This document shows, piece after piece, positions 18,401-26,037 of a DNA stretch of 41,518 nt (the first letter of the stretch is position 1; each line of letters starts with the position of its first letter). Origin of the DNA: Bifidobacterium breve (GTDB lineage: Bacteria > Actinomycetota > Acidimicrobiia > Acidimicrobiales > Ilumatobacteraceae); assembly GCA_945878785.1 (NCBI GenBank), contig CAMDVC010000001.1:1-41518 (forward strand). Direction: 5' to 3'. The notes under the pieces were generated by a model, which was given only the letters and a program-made list of their open reading frames with translations, had not been told where the DNA came from and ran no database searches. A program made the translations under genes and the position numbers.

Positions 18401-18896
18401 CGCTGATACCAGCAGAGTCTCGGCCACGAACTTCCATTCTGTCAATAGCTGAGAAAGCCTGATGAATTGCAAAGTATCCGACTAACGATGATGCCCCAGC
18501 ACCTTCACCCGCAAAGACATGCACCGCATCGGCTGCACGCAAACGATCGCGTCGAATTGCCCATGACGCATCTTTCACACGCGATAAGCGAGCTACTTCG
18601 GCATCGAGTGTGGCTGTATCAACATGAAGAGCATCAATGCGAGCCTCTTCAACCGCTGCCACCACATCAATTGCATCAAGGCTGGTGGTGATTCTGGTAA
18701 TCAATGCCGCATTGCCAACGAGGGCTTGTATGCCAGCATCACCTCGAAGCAACTGATCTGCAGCCATAAGTGCATCGGCAATAAGAGAGCAATCAGTGCC
18801 AGCATTTACTGCAGCTGTTAGTAATGCCTCGATGCTCCGATCGGTGGGCACACTGCGAGTGCTCGGCCGGGGCAGGATGCCGATAATGCCGCACAT
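15498..18896 (-). CDS. Atypically long (1132 aa) GlmS-like glutamine amidotransferase / double-SIS protein
   Basis: MCGIIG (Cys nucleophile), RGRDSAGI, GHTRWASVG..NAHP, FLLKEITEAP, SIS1 (VSQSGTTTDT, VASTKAF), SIS2 (VGSGPN..EVRIKLSELCY) and an internal AKTVTVG tail-like motif. It sits in the syntenic glmS position between glmM and acpS. See findings for the extra segments. Confidence 0.8.
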   Translation of the reverse strand: MCGIIGILPRPSTRSVPTDRSIEALLTAAVNAGTDCSLIADALMAADQLLRGDAGIQALVGNAALITRITTSLDAIDVVAAVEEARIDALHVDTATLDAEVARLSRVKDASWAIRRDRLRAADAVHVFAGEGAGASSLVGYFAIHQAFSAIDRMEVRGRDSAGISVLVTSPSFASLSSDLTGLMAGRISDPLFTNTSVRYSDSTLVFVYKAAAEIGELGDNTKHMRDAVSADALLRTALSVPDSRVAVLGHTRWASVGIISEPNAHPVTGEEIGVDGQQVSVAVLNGDVDNHTELRDRHNLHFADPITTDAKVIPAIVDRGRSTGLDTQAAFLNAVTQFEGSVAIGYMTASDPNDMYLALFGSGQGLYIGLAEDRFIVASEPYGTVEETVHFVRLDGESPRKEGDPNSRGQVARLRVDGAGTVEGITRIAYDGIEIPVTKSDVAVAEVTTRDIDRGDSPHFLLKEITEAPRSFRKTIRGRTLEVNGRLVPDLDSFTLPKTIKDRLANGSIRRIRVIGQGTAAIAGTSLIPVLGSLLDSSIQVEALTATELSGFAMSTDMSDMLVIAVSQSGTTTDTNRTVDLVASRGAAVLAIINRRGSELSSKAHGVYYTSDGRDIEMSVASTKAFYAQVAAGAILSCAIAQATGKVDSDRMHRILDSLVHMPAAMETVIAQRTEIGLVAQKYAPSKRYWAVVGSGPNTVAANEVRIKLSELCYKSISCDVTEDKKHIDLSCEPMILVCAAGLSEGTATDVAKEVAIFKAHKAIPIVFATQGETRFDSAAAAVVYVPVADPALAFVLSSMAGHLFGYEAALAIDALARPLRQLREVVEIVVGRGGSGDAALTQVEAQIVPVTQQFLRVLATGQYDGNLEASTAVRLVSLLRIVTGPQPLQAFQRQTGRTASPSALLDDLIDALTRSIDELTRPIDAIKHQAKTVTVGISRSEEGLLDRALVRAVLEAGASRDNLSYATLKVLAALDAAVASVVGFTRYAIAGDARNATVSIIDRGGVAKDLTSRVTTNATLVGTKHRVAADQEVLVARGRKDGRTVIFVPEVHGSTTVGISLLHVAFHDTVAAGTARQVLQGYDRRYDRLVDWVSETEGSFREDRLAEVSIADLLINPVSESADLWRTDGQ

Positions 18897-18927
18897 GACT
18901 ACAGATTACTCTCGTTGATTAGTCGCA

Positions 18928-20259
18928 CTAGTGCGTTCCCTCAATAGACCCACCGTGGATATCGACAAGAGATTGGGCTAAGTGCATGGCTATGGACTCT
19001 GCAGTCACTTGATCTGCTGCTTCCACCATGACACGCAATAACGGTTCTGTTCCCGATGATCTGACCAAGATTCGCCCGTTGTCGCCCAATTCGGCCTCTG
19101 CCTGTGCAATCTGCTCGGCAATGTCATGCTCAGGGTCATGTACCCGATTAAGAGTGCGAATGTTCACCAGTATTTGCGGATACCACTTCATGATGGATGC
19201 GGCTTGATCAAGCGTTACATGTGCACGCGTTATGTATTCAACCAGTTGCAGTGCAGCTAACAGGCCATCGCCTGTTGTGGCATGTGCACGGTGAATGACA
19301 TGACCGCTCTGTTCCCCACCGAGTACAAAATCAAATTCATCAAGTGCAACAAGAACACTGCGGTCACCAACTGGTGTAATGACAACATCAATGTTGTTGT
19401 CACGCATGGTGTGGTGAAAACCTAGGTTTGTCATCACTGTTACCGCAATACCTTTATTGCGAAGAAGCCCACGTTGGGCGAGATCAACTGCAGCAATCGC
19501 CATGATGTGATCGCCGTCAACCAGTGCGCCACTAGCAGCTACTGCAATAAGACGATCCCCATCACCATCAAAGGCAATTCCGATATCAGCACCCTCTGCA
19601 ATAACTTGTGCAGCTAATTCTTGCGGTGCTGTTGCGCCACAGTTGTCATTGATGTTGCGACCGTTGGGCGATGCGTTTATCACTGATACATCTGCGCCTG
19701 CGGTCATAAAGACTTCAGGCGCAACATGCGACATCGAACCGTTGGCACAATCAAGAACTATCCGAACTCCAGACAATGCTTCACCAACAATATTAAGGCG
19801 GTGTGTTGCGTACTCACCAAGAATTCCGGTGGCGTCATGAACGTTTGGTTGCGCGTACACGACAGGCTCCGCAACCATCGCGTGCCATTCACGTTCGATT
19901 TCAATTTGTTCGGCGTCGCCTAGTTTTGCTCCGCCCGACGCAAACACTTTGATGCCATTGTCAGACCACACATTGTGAGACGCAGTAATGGCAATGCCTA
20001 CCCAGCCGTATTGTTCTGCGGCATACGCAATGGCTGGAGTTGGTACAACACCCATGAGCTGAACTGCAACACCTTCAGCGGCACAGCCTTCGACAATGGC
20101 GTCTTCTAATTCAGAACCACTTTCACGTGTGTCGCGTCCAATAACAATGGCTACTGGGCGTAAAACACGCGCAGTGGCACGTGCAAGGTCACGGGCTAAT
20201 TCAGTAGTGAGTTCGTCGATAGCAACGCCACGAACGCCGTCTGTTCCGAAATGCAACAT
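18928..20259 (-). CDS. glmM: Phosphoglucosamine mutase
   Basis: MLHFGTDGVRGVA, the phosphoserine loop ITASHNVWSDNGIKVF, and FDGDGDRL. Confidence 0.92.
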   Translation of the reverse strand: MLHFGTDGVRGVAIDELTTELARDLARATARVLRPVAIVIGRDTRESGSELEDAIVEGCAAEGVAVQLMGVVPTPAIAYAAEQYGWVGIAITASHNVWSDNGIKVFASGGAKLGDAEQIEIEREWHAMVAEPVVYAQPNVHDATGILGEYATHRLNIVGEALSGVRIVLDCANGSMSHVAPEVFMTAGADVSVINASPNGRNINDNCGATAPQELAAQVIAEGADIGIAFDGDGDRLIAVAASGALVDGDHIMAIAAVDLAQRGLLRNKGIAVTVMTNLGFHHTMRDNNIDVVITPVGDRSVLVALDEFDFVLGGEQSGHVIHRAHATTGDGLLAALQLVEYITRAHVTLDQAASIMKWYPQILVNIRTLNRVHDPEHDIAEQIAQAEAELGDNGRILVRSSGTEPLLRVMVEAADQVTAESIAMHLAQSLVDIHGGSIEGTH

Positions 20260-20307
20260 GTTTTGATCTCCTCACGTGAGGTGCAAAGCGCACCACACAG
20301 ATAGGAA

Positions 20308-20703
20308 TCAGCGCTTGGTGAACTGAGGCGCCTTACGGGCCTTCTTGAGACCGTACTTCTTGCTTTCTTTCTTACGTGAGTCACGAGTAAGAAGACCAGC
20401 TTTTTTAAGTGCTGGACGCATTTCAGGATCAAGTTCGATGAGTGAACGAGCAATGGCCATGCGCAATGCGCCAGCTTGACCAGTTACGCCACCACCAAAA
20501 ATATTTGCGTGAATGTCGAATGACTCTTCACGCTCTACAACGCGAAGCGCTTCGGTAACAACCATGCGCTGTGTTGCTGTGGTGAAGTACGCCTCGATTG
20601 GGCGACCATTGACAACGATTTTTCCGGTACCGGCGCGAGTGATTGCACGAGCAACAGCTTCTTTACGACGACCAGTTGTTTGAGTGAGAACTGTGTTAGC
20701 CAC
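20308..20703 (-). CDS. rpsI: 30S ribosomal protein S9
   Basis: GRRKEAVARA...GGGVTGQAGA...LTRDSR.KE.KKYGLKKARKAPQFTKR. Confidence 0.97.
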   Translation of the reverse strand: MANTVLTQTTGRRKEAVARAITRAGTGKIVVNGRPIEAYFTTATQRMVVTEALRVVEREESFDIHANIFGGGVTGQAGALRMAIARSLIELDPEMRPALKKAGLLTRDSRKKESKKYGLKKARKAPQFTKR

Positions 20704-20720
20704 GATGACTCCTTAGTAGA

Positions 20721-21167
20721 TCAGCGCGCCTTGGCAGCGCTGAGATTGAAAACGACTGGGGACTGTGCTGCATGAGGATGTTCAGGTCCTGCGTACACGT
20801 TGAGCTTCTTCACCATCTGGCGACCAAGTGGTCCCTTTGGCAACATGCCGGCGATTGAACGAGTGATTGCGTCAGCAGGTTTACGATCAAGCAAGTTTTG
20901 GTATGTCTCGCTCTTCAAACCGCCTGGATAACCGGAGTAGGTATACACCATGCTCTTTTCAGACTTGCCTGATGTCATAACGATCTTTGATGCGTTGATG
21001 ATGATGACGTGATCGCCTGAGTCCATGTGAGGAACGAATGTTGGTTTGTGCTTGCCGCGAAGAAGGCGAGCAACTTCGGTGCAGAGACGACCAAGGACAA
21101 GACCTTCAGCGTCGATGACGTGCCACGCGCGGGTGATCTCGCTTGCTTTTGGTTGGTATGTACGCAT
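20721..21167 (-). CDS. rplM: 50S ribosomal protein L13
   Basis: MRTYQPKASEITRAWHVIDAEGLVLGRL... The ATG at 21167 is preferred over the track start at 21215. Confidence 0.95.
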   Translation of the reverse strand: MRTYQPKASEITRAWHVIDAEGLVLGRLCTEVARLLRGKHKPTFVPHMDSGDHVIIINASKIVMTSGKSEKSMVYTYSGYPGGLKSETYQNLLDRKPADAITRSIAGMLPKGPLGRQMVKKLNVYAGPEHPHAAQSPVVFNLSAAKAR

Positions 21168-21284
21168 AAGACTTCTTTCAAGGGAACCCACAACGGGCCG
21201 CCGGAACCCCGACATGGGGGCTCAATAAGGATAGGGGCGAGATATGCCTCTCGGCAACCGCGAAAGCCAAGTGACGACCACCTT

Positions 21285-22100
21285 TTATATGGTTGGAATC
21301 GGCTCGCCGGGATAACCCACATCCCACAGGGTCAGGCCGCAGGCCGGTGCAACCTGGGACCCATGGGCACGGTCGCGGGCCAAGAGAACCTCACGGGTGT
21401 CACTGGCCGGACGGTGGCCAAGCCCAACATCAACCAAGAACCCAACGAAGCTGCGGACCATTTGGTAGCAGAAGGCATTTGCCCGAATCTCGAAGACCAG
21501 AACGTTGTTCCCCTGGTCCACCCATTTTGCCGAATACACCCGACGATGCATCGACGGTACGGGAGCACCCTCAATCAAATCAGGGCGACGACAGAACGCA
21601 GAAAAATCGTGCTCCCCTATCAACGGGTCAATTGCCAGCGTCATCAGTGGCATCGACAGCGGGCGACGAATATGCCAGGCGCGATCAACCAACATCGGGT
21701 CGGGAGCTTCAGAGTTAAGAACCGTGTACCGATACCGACGCCAAATAGCACTGTACCGCGCATCGAATTCATTGCTGACCCACTCGGGGTCTGACACTGC
21801 AACGCTTGGTTTACACAACGCATTAACGCTGCGCACAAATGCTGGTAGTCGCGTTTCAGCTGGAATATCAATCGTTATTACTTGACCACGCGCGTGCACA
21901 CCTGCATCAGTGCGACCCGCAACGATGATATGCACACGGTGACGTGCCACAGTGGAAATCACATCAGTCAGTAATCCTTCAACAGAACTAATCCCTTCGT
22001 TAACAACAAATCCACGAAACGCGGCGCCGTGGTACGACACACGCAAACGGACCCGCCGTAAGGCGGGTCCGTTTGTAAAGTTCTGTTCCGGTTGAGACAC
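21285..22100 (-). CDS. truA: tRNA pseudouridine(38-40) synthase TruA
   Basis: RLRVSYHGAAFRGF...AGRTDAGVHARGQV. It occupies the conserved position after rplQ. Confidence 0.9.
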   Translation of the reverse strand: MSQPEQNFTNGPALRRVRLRVSYHGAAFRGFVVNEGISSVEGLLTDVISTVARHRVHIIVAGRTDAGVHARGQVITIDIPAETRLPAFVRSVNALCKPSVAVSDPEWVSNEFDARYSAIWRRYRYTVLNSEAPDPMLVDRAWHIRRPLSMPLMTLAIDPLIGEHDFSAFCRRPDLIEGAPVPSMHRRVYSAKWVDQGNNVLVFEIRANAFCYQMVRSFVGFLVDVGLGHRPASDTREVLLARDRAHGSQVAPACGLTLWDVGYPGEPIPTI

Positions 22101-22111
22101 CGGTATCGGCC

Positions 22112-22480
22112 TTAGACGAGTTCGATACGTACTTCAAGCGCAGCGTCACCGAGACGATGGCCGAGCTTCAAGATACGTGTGTATCCACCATTACGGCTGA
22201 CGTAACGAGGTGCGATTTCGTTGACAAGCTTCGAAGTCATTTCTTTGTCACCGAGGTAACCCTCGATTTGACGAATGCGGTGAACGCGCATTGGTGAATC
22301 GCCTTGTGCTTTCTTTGCTTTCGTGATGAGCTTCTCAGCAATAGGACGAAGTTCTTTTGCTTTTGCTTCTGTTGTCTTGATTCCTTCAGCTGCGAACAGT
22401 GAAGCGGCCATGTTGGCCATCATGAGACGTTGGTGCTGTGCACTTCCGCCAAAGCGGGGGGCGCGACGTGGAGTTGGCAT
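22112..22480 (-). CDS. rplQ: 50S ribosomal protein L17
   Basis: MPTPRRAPRFGGSAQHQRLMMANMAASLF...GGYTRILK. Confidence 0.95.
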   Translation of the reverse strand: MPTPRRAPRFGGSAQHQRLMMANMAASLFAAEGIKTTEAKAKELRPIAEKLITKAKKAQGDSPMRVHRIRQIEGYLGDKEMTSKLVNEIAPRYVSRNGGYTRILKLGHRLGDAALEVRIELV

Positions 22481-22502
22481 TTGCTTTCCTTAATTCCTGT
22501 GA

Positions 22503-23435
22503 TTACGCGCGAAGCGTAAGTCCACGCTCATCGAGCTTCTGGATGATTTCATCCAAGCTCTTCTGACCGAAGTTTGTGATGTTGAGCAAGTCGTCGATTG
22601 ACTTCAAAAGAAGTTCACCGATTGTGTTGATTTGTCCGCGCTTCAAGCAGTTGCGTGGGCGTTCGCTGAGGTCGAGGTCTTCAATTGGCAAGTCAAGGTC
22701 AGGTACACCGACATTGGCGCCCATTGGCTCGCTGAGCTCAAGTGACTGTGGCTCTTCTGACAAAGTTGCAATGAGATCAACAAGTGAACGCAATGTTGCT
22801 GAAGCTGAAGCCAATGACTCGCGAGGAGAAATTGAACCGTCAGTTTCGATGTCAATAACCAAACGGTCGTAGTTGGTGCTCTGAGCAACACGTGTTGGTT
22901 CTACTTCGAACATCACGCGACGTACTGGTGAGAAAATTGCATCGATAGGGATTACTCCGATGATGCGACTCTCTGCGTCACGGTCGGTGGAAAGATATCC
23001 GCGACCGCGCTCGACTGTGATGTCAAGTGCAAGGTGTGCGCCAGCATTCAGAGTTGCAAGATGAAGTGAAGGATTGAGAATTTCAACATCAGAGTTGGTT
23101 GGGATGTCGCCAGCCTTAAGAATCATTGGACCCTTAACGTCGACGCGCATAACAACTGGCTCGTCATTTTGTGACATAACAACAACATCTTTCAAGTTCA
23201 TGATGAACTCTGTGATGTCTTCTGTCATTCCCTTGATTGTTGTGAACTCATGCTCTACGCCGTCGAACTTGACCGTTGTGATTGCGGCACCAGGAATTGA
23301 TGACAACAACGTACGACGAAGTGAGTTACCAATGGTGTGGCCGAAACCTGGCTCGAGTGGGCCAACAGCGAAGCGCTGACGTGTTGGGTGATCTTCGCCG
23401 ATTGCTTCGACTGATGGACGCTGGATTACAAGCAT
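22503..23435 (-). CDS. rpoA: DNA-directed RNA polymerase subunit alpha
   Basis: GPLEPGFGHTIGNSLRRTLLSSIPGAAIT..., with a C-terminal domain LDLSERPRNCLKRGQINTIGELL. Confidence 0.96.
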   Translation of the reverse strand: MLVIQRPSVEAIGEDHPTRQRFAVGPLEPGFGHTIGNSLRRTLLSSIPGAAITTVKFDGVEHEFTTIKGMTEDITEFIMNLKDVVVMSQNDEPVVMRVDVKGPMILKAGDIPTNSDVEILNPSLHLATLNAGAHLALDITVERGRGYLSTDRDAESRIIGVIPIDAIFSPVRRVMFEVEPTRVAQSTNYDRLVIDIETDGSISPRESLASASATLRSLVDLIATLSEEPQSLELSEPMGANVGVPDLDLPIEDLDLSERPRNCLKRGQINTIGELLLKSIDDLLNITNFGQKSLDEIIQKLDERGLTLRA

Positions 23436-23459
23436 GTTTGCTCCTAAGAAAAGACGGGG

Positions 23460-24071
23460 TTACTTCGAGTACAACTCAACGATGAGCTGTTCGCGGACGG
23501 GGACATCGATGTGCTCGCGCTGTGGCAAGTCACGAACTGTGACTTGCTTGTCGCCAGCCTCTAGCCAACCAACAAGTGGTCGATCAAGAGTGTCGATGTT
23601 GTGTGTGATCTGAATCATTTCTTTTGCCTTCGGGGCAAGTGAAATGACATGACCACGCTTGACACGGAATGAAGCGATGTCAACGCGCTTGCCATCAACC
23701 TGAATAAGGCCATGGTTAACGAACTGACGAGCCTGAGGGCGTGTTGCTCCCCAACCGGCACGGAACACGACGTTGTCGAGACGCTGTTCAAGAAGACGCA
23801 ACAAGTTTTCGCCAGTTGGGCCTGCAAGACGAGTTGCCTCTTCGTAGGTCAAGCGGAACTGACGTTCGAGCACACCGTAGATGTACTTAGCCTTCTGCTT
23901 CTCTTGTACTTGCGCAAGATATTCGCTGCCAGCATTACGACGACGTGTGCGACCATGCTGACCAGGTGGGAATGGGCGGCGATCGAGCGCCTTTGATCCC
24001 TTGGCATTTTCATAAATGTTTGTGTTGAGACGGCGCGAGATGCGCACTTTTGGTCCTGTGTAACGGGCCAT
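23460..24071 (-). CDS. rpsD: 30S ribosomal protein S4
   Basis: MARYTGPKVRISRRL...EKQKAKYIYGVLERQFR. Confidence 0.96.
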   Translation of the reverse strand: MARYTGPKVRISRRLNTNIYENAKGSKALDRRPFPPGQHGRTRRRNAGSEYLAQVQEKQKAKYIYGVLERQFRLTYEEATRLAGPTGENLLRLLEQRLDNVVFRAGWGATRPQARQFVNHGLIQVDGKRVDIASFRVKRGHVISLAPKAKEMIQITHNIDTLDRPLVGWLEAGDKQVTVRDLPQREHIDVPVREQLIVELYSK

Positions 24072-24073
24072 GA

Positions 24074-24472
24074 TTAGCTCCTACGACGCTTTGGTTGAAG
24101 GCAACCGTTGTGAGGTACTGGAGTGACATCTTTGATGCCTGATACTTCAATACCAAGATTCTGAATTGAACGAAGTGCTGTGTCGCGACCAGAGCCTGGA
24201 CCCTTTACATGCACTTCTGCGCGCTTAAGGCCGTGCTCCATTGCAGCCTTGCCAGCTTTTTCTGCTGCCATCTGTGCGGCGAACGGAGTTGACTTACGTG
24301 AACCCTTGAATCCAACGCCACCAGATGATGCCCATGCAATGACATTGCCTTCAGTGTCTGTAATAGACACGATGGTGTTGTTGAAAGAACTCTTGATGTG
24401 AACAACGCCAGTTGTGACGTTCTTGCGCTCACGCTTACGTGGACGACGTCCACCTGCTTGTGTCTTGGCCAT
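24074..24472 (-). CDS. rpsK: 30S ribosomal protein S11
   Basis: [44 protein letters not shown]. Confidence 0.96.
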   Translation of the reverse strand: MAKTQAGGRRPRKRERKNVTTGVVHIKSSFNNTIVSITDTEGNVIAWASSGGVGFKGSRKSTPFAAQMAAEKAGKAAMEHGLKRAEVHVKGPGSGRDTALRSIQNLGIEVSGIKDVTPVPHNGCLQPKRRRS

Positions 24473-24476
24473 GGTG

Positions 24477-24854
24477 TTATCTCACTGCCTTTTTCTTGTT
24501 AGCTACGGTCTTCTTTGGTCCCTTACGGGTGCGTGCATTGGTATGCGTGCGCTGACCACGAACAGGAAGTCCCTTACGGTGACGAATACCTTGAAGGCAT
24601 CCGATTTCAATCTTGCGTTTGATGTCCTGCTGCACATCGCGGCGCAGGTCACCTTCAACGGTGGCGTTCTGATCAACCCAACCGCGGATGCGGTTGACTT
24701 CATCTTCTGTGAGATCGCGAACGCGAGTGTTCTTGTCAAGGCCTGTGGCCTCACAAATTTTCTGCGCGGTCGAACGACCGATGCCAAAGATATATGTCAA
24801 CGAAATTTCCAAACGCTTTTCGCGTGGGATGTCGACTCCAACAATACGTGCCAT
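24477..24854 (-). CDS. rpsM: 30S ribosomal protein S13
   Basis: [33 protein letters not shown]. Confidence 0.96.
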   Translation of the reverse strand: MARIVGVDIPREKRLEISLTYIFGIGRSTAQKICEATGLDKNTRVRDLTEDEVNRIRGWVDQNATVEGDLRRDVQQDIKRKIEIGCLQGIRHRKGLPVRGQRTHTNARTRKGPKKTVANKKKAVR

Positions 24855-24880
24855 GTGTTTACGTTTCCTTCGTTGACTCT

Positions 24881-24994
24881 CTAGCCCTGGCGCTGCTTGT
24901 GCCGGGGGTTTTCACAGATCACTCGTACTCGCCCATGGCGACGAATGATGCTGCACTTCTCACAAATTTTTTTGACGCTTGTGCGTACTTTCAT
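24881..24994 (-). CDS. rpmJ: 50S ribosomal protein L36 (Zn-ribbon form)
   Basis: Too short for the ORF track. Hand translation gives [37 protein letters not shown], with GAGAAGG SD-like purines upstream. It lies between infA and rpsM as expected. Confidence 0.92.
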   Translation of the reverse strand: MKVRTSVKKICEKCSIIRRHGRVRVICENPRHKQRQG

Positions 24995-25001
24995 TGCCTT
25001 C

Positions 25002-25226
25002 TCACTTAAACCTGTATGTAATTCGACCTCGGGTGAGGTCGTATGGGGTTAGTTCCACTTGGACTTTGTCGCCTGGAAGAATACGGATGTAGTGCATACG
25101 CATTTTCCCGGAGATATGCGCCAACACTTTGTGGCCGTTCTCTAATTCCACACGAAACATAGCGTTAGGTAGGGATTCAAGAATCGTGCCTTCGAGCACA
25201 ATCGCATCTTCTTTCGGCTGAGCCAG
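25002..25226 (-). CDS. infA: Translation initiation factor IF-1. The 5' end is probably at a non-canonical CTG (25226) or ATT (25229) codon.
   Basis: ...[56 protein letters not shown]. The track start (GTG 25199) truncates the conserved N-terminal strand. The upstream in-frame sequence AQPKEDAIV aligns to the usual AKKDGAIEV, and AAGGAG lies at 25238-25233. Confidence 0.85.
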   Translation of the reverse strand: MAQPKEDAIVLEGTILESLPNAMFRVELENGHKVLAHISGKMRMHYIRILPGDKVQVELTPYDLTRGRITYRFK

Positions 25227-25328
25227 AATGGACTCCTTAGTTAGTTGGGACAGGGCGCCCCTCTAGCAGACTTGCAATAGGGGCGAGTGACAATGCTATC
25301 GGCGCATATGCCACACACCAAGTGCCGA

Positions 25329-25985
25329 TTACCGTCTTTGTTCGACTTCTGCGGTGAGGCGGTCAAAGACTTCTTCGGGGCTTCCCACGCCGTCGACTTG
25401 GGCCAAACGGCCAGTTTTGCCATAAAAATCGATGAGTGGCTCGGTTTGGGACTCGTACAGGTCAAGTCGGCGATTAATGGCCTCGGGGGTGTCATCGTCA
25501 CGCTGAACCACGTCTCCCCCACAGTTGTCGCAGCTCCATTGGCTGGCCAGATGATCTGATGCCTGATAGTTCGTGCCACAGTCACGACAGACACGTCGGA
25601 TCGATAACCGTGCAAGGACCAGTTCACGGGGAACTACAAGATCTATTGCAAGGTCAAGCGGCCGACTGGAAGTTGCCTGGTCAAGTGATTCGGCCTGGGA
25701 GACGGTCCGGGGGAATCCGTCAAGAATGTATCCACGTACGCGGGCGTCATCTTCTGAGAGGCGCTCACTGACCAGTCCGACCATGATGTCGTCACCGACC
25801 AAACCACCCACATCGATGATGGTCTTTGCTGTCTTTCCGAGTTCGGTACCTTCACGTACTGCTGCGCGCAACATATCGCCTGTAGAAATATGCGGGACAA
25901 CAAAGTGACGAGACAAGCGAACGCACTGCGTCCCTTTACCCGAGCCTTGACGGCCTAACAGCACCAACCGTGCGCCAGGAATCAT
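25329..25985 (-). CDS. adk: Adenylate kinase (long form with Cys4 Zn lid)
   Basis: P-loop GRQGSGKGTQ and lid CRDCG...CDNCGG..VQRDDD. Confidence 0.93.
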   Translation of the reverse strand: MIPGARLVLLGRQGSGKGTQCVRLSRHFVVPHISTGDMLRAAVREGTELGKTAKTIIDVGGLVGDDIMVGLVSERLSEDDARVRGYILDGFPRTVSQAESLDQATSSRPLDLAIDLVVPRELVLARLSIRRVCRDCGTNYQASDHLASQWSCDNCGGDVVQRDDDTPEAINRRLDLYESQTEPLIDFYGKTGRLAQVDGVGSPEEVFDRLTAEVEQRR

Positions 25986-26037
25986 AAATACCTCTGATTA
26001 CCCACGAGGGCAAACCACCACCCAAAAGGGCCGGCGG

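Noticed and set aside
20270-20294. 12-nt perfect palindrome CCTCACGTGAGG plus adjacent 5-bp hairpin (ggtgc-aaagc-gcacc) between rpsI and glmM
   Set aside because: The palindrome largely coincides with the glmM SD (GAGGAG). The stems are short, and I cannot connect the CACGTG core to any known bacterial operator. The support is insufficient.
21168-21284. Possible L13 (rplM) leader RNA or promoter in the 117-nt truA-rplM gap
   Set aside because: Only short 4-5 bp stems (21207-21219, 21238-21253) and a weak TTGCCG-18-TATCCT promoter-like string are visible. I cannot match it to a known leader by eye. It needs a covariance-model scan.
21027-21794. 255-aa + strand ORF (plus nested ORFs at 21293-21718 and 21505-21885) opposite rplM and truA
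   Set aside because: It is entirely antisense to two well-supported genes. Its composition is Arg/Pro/Gly-rich and low-complexity, with no recognisable motif and no SD. It is a typical shadow ORF of a coding strand.
25241-25627. 128-aa minus-strand ORF overlapping the 3' half of adk in another frame
   Set aside because: The adk frame is unambiguous (P-loop, Zn lid). The overlapping frame has no motif and runs into the adk-infA spacer.
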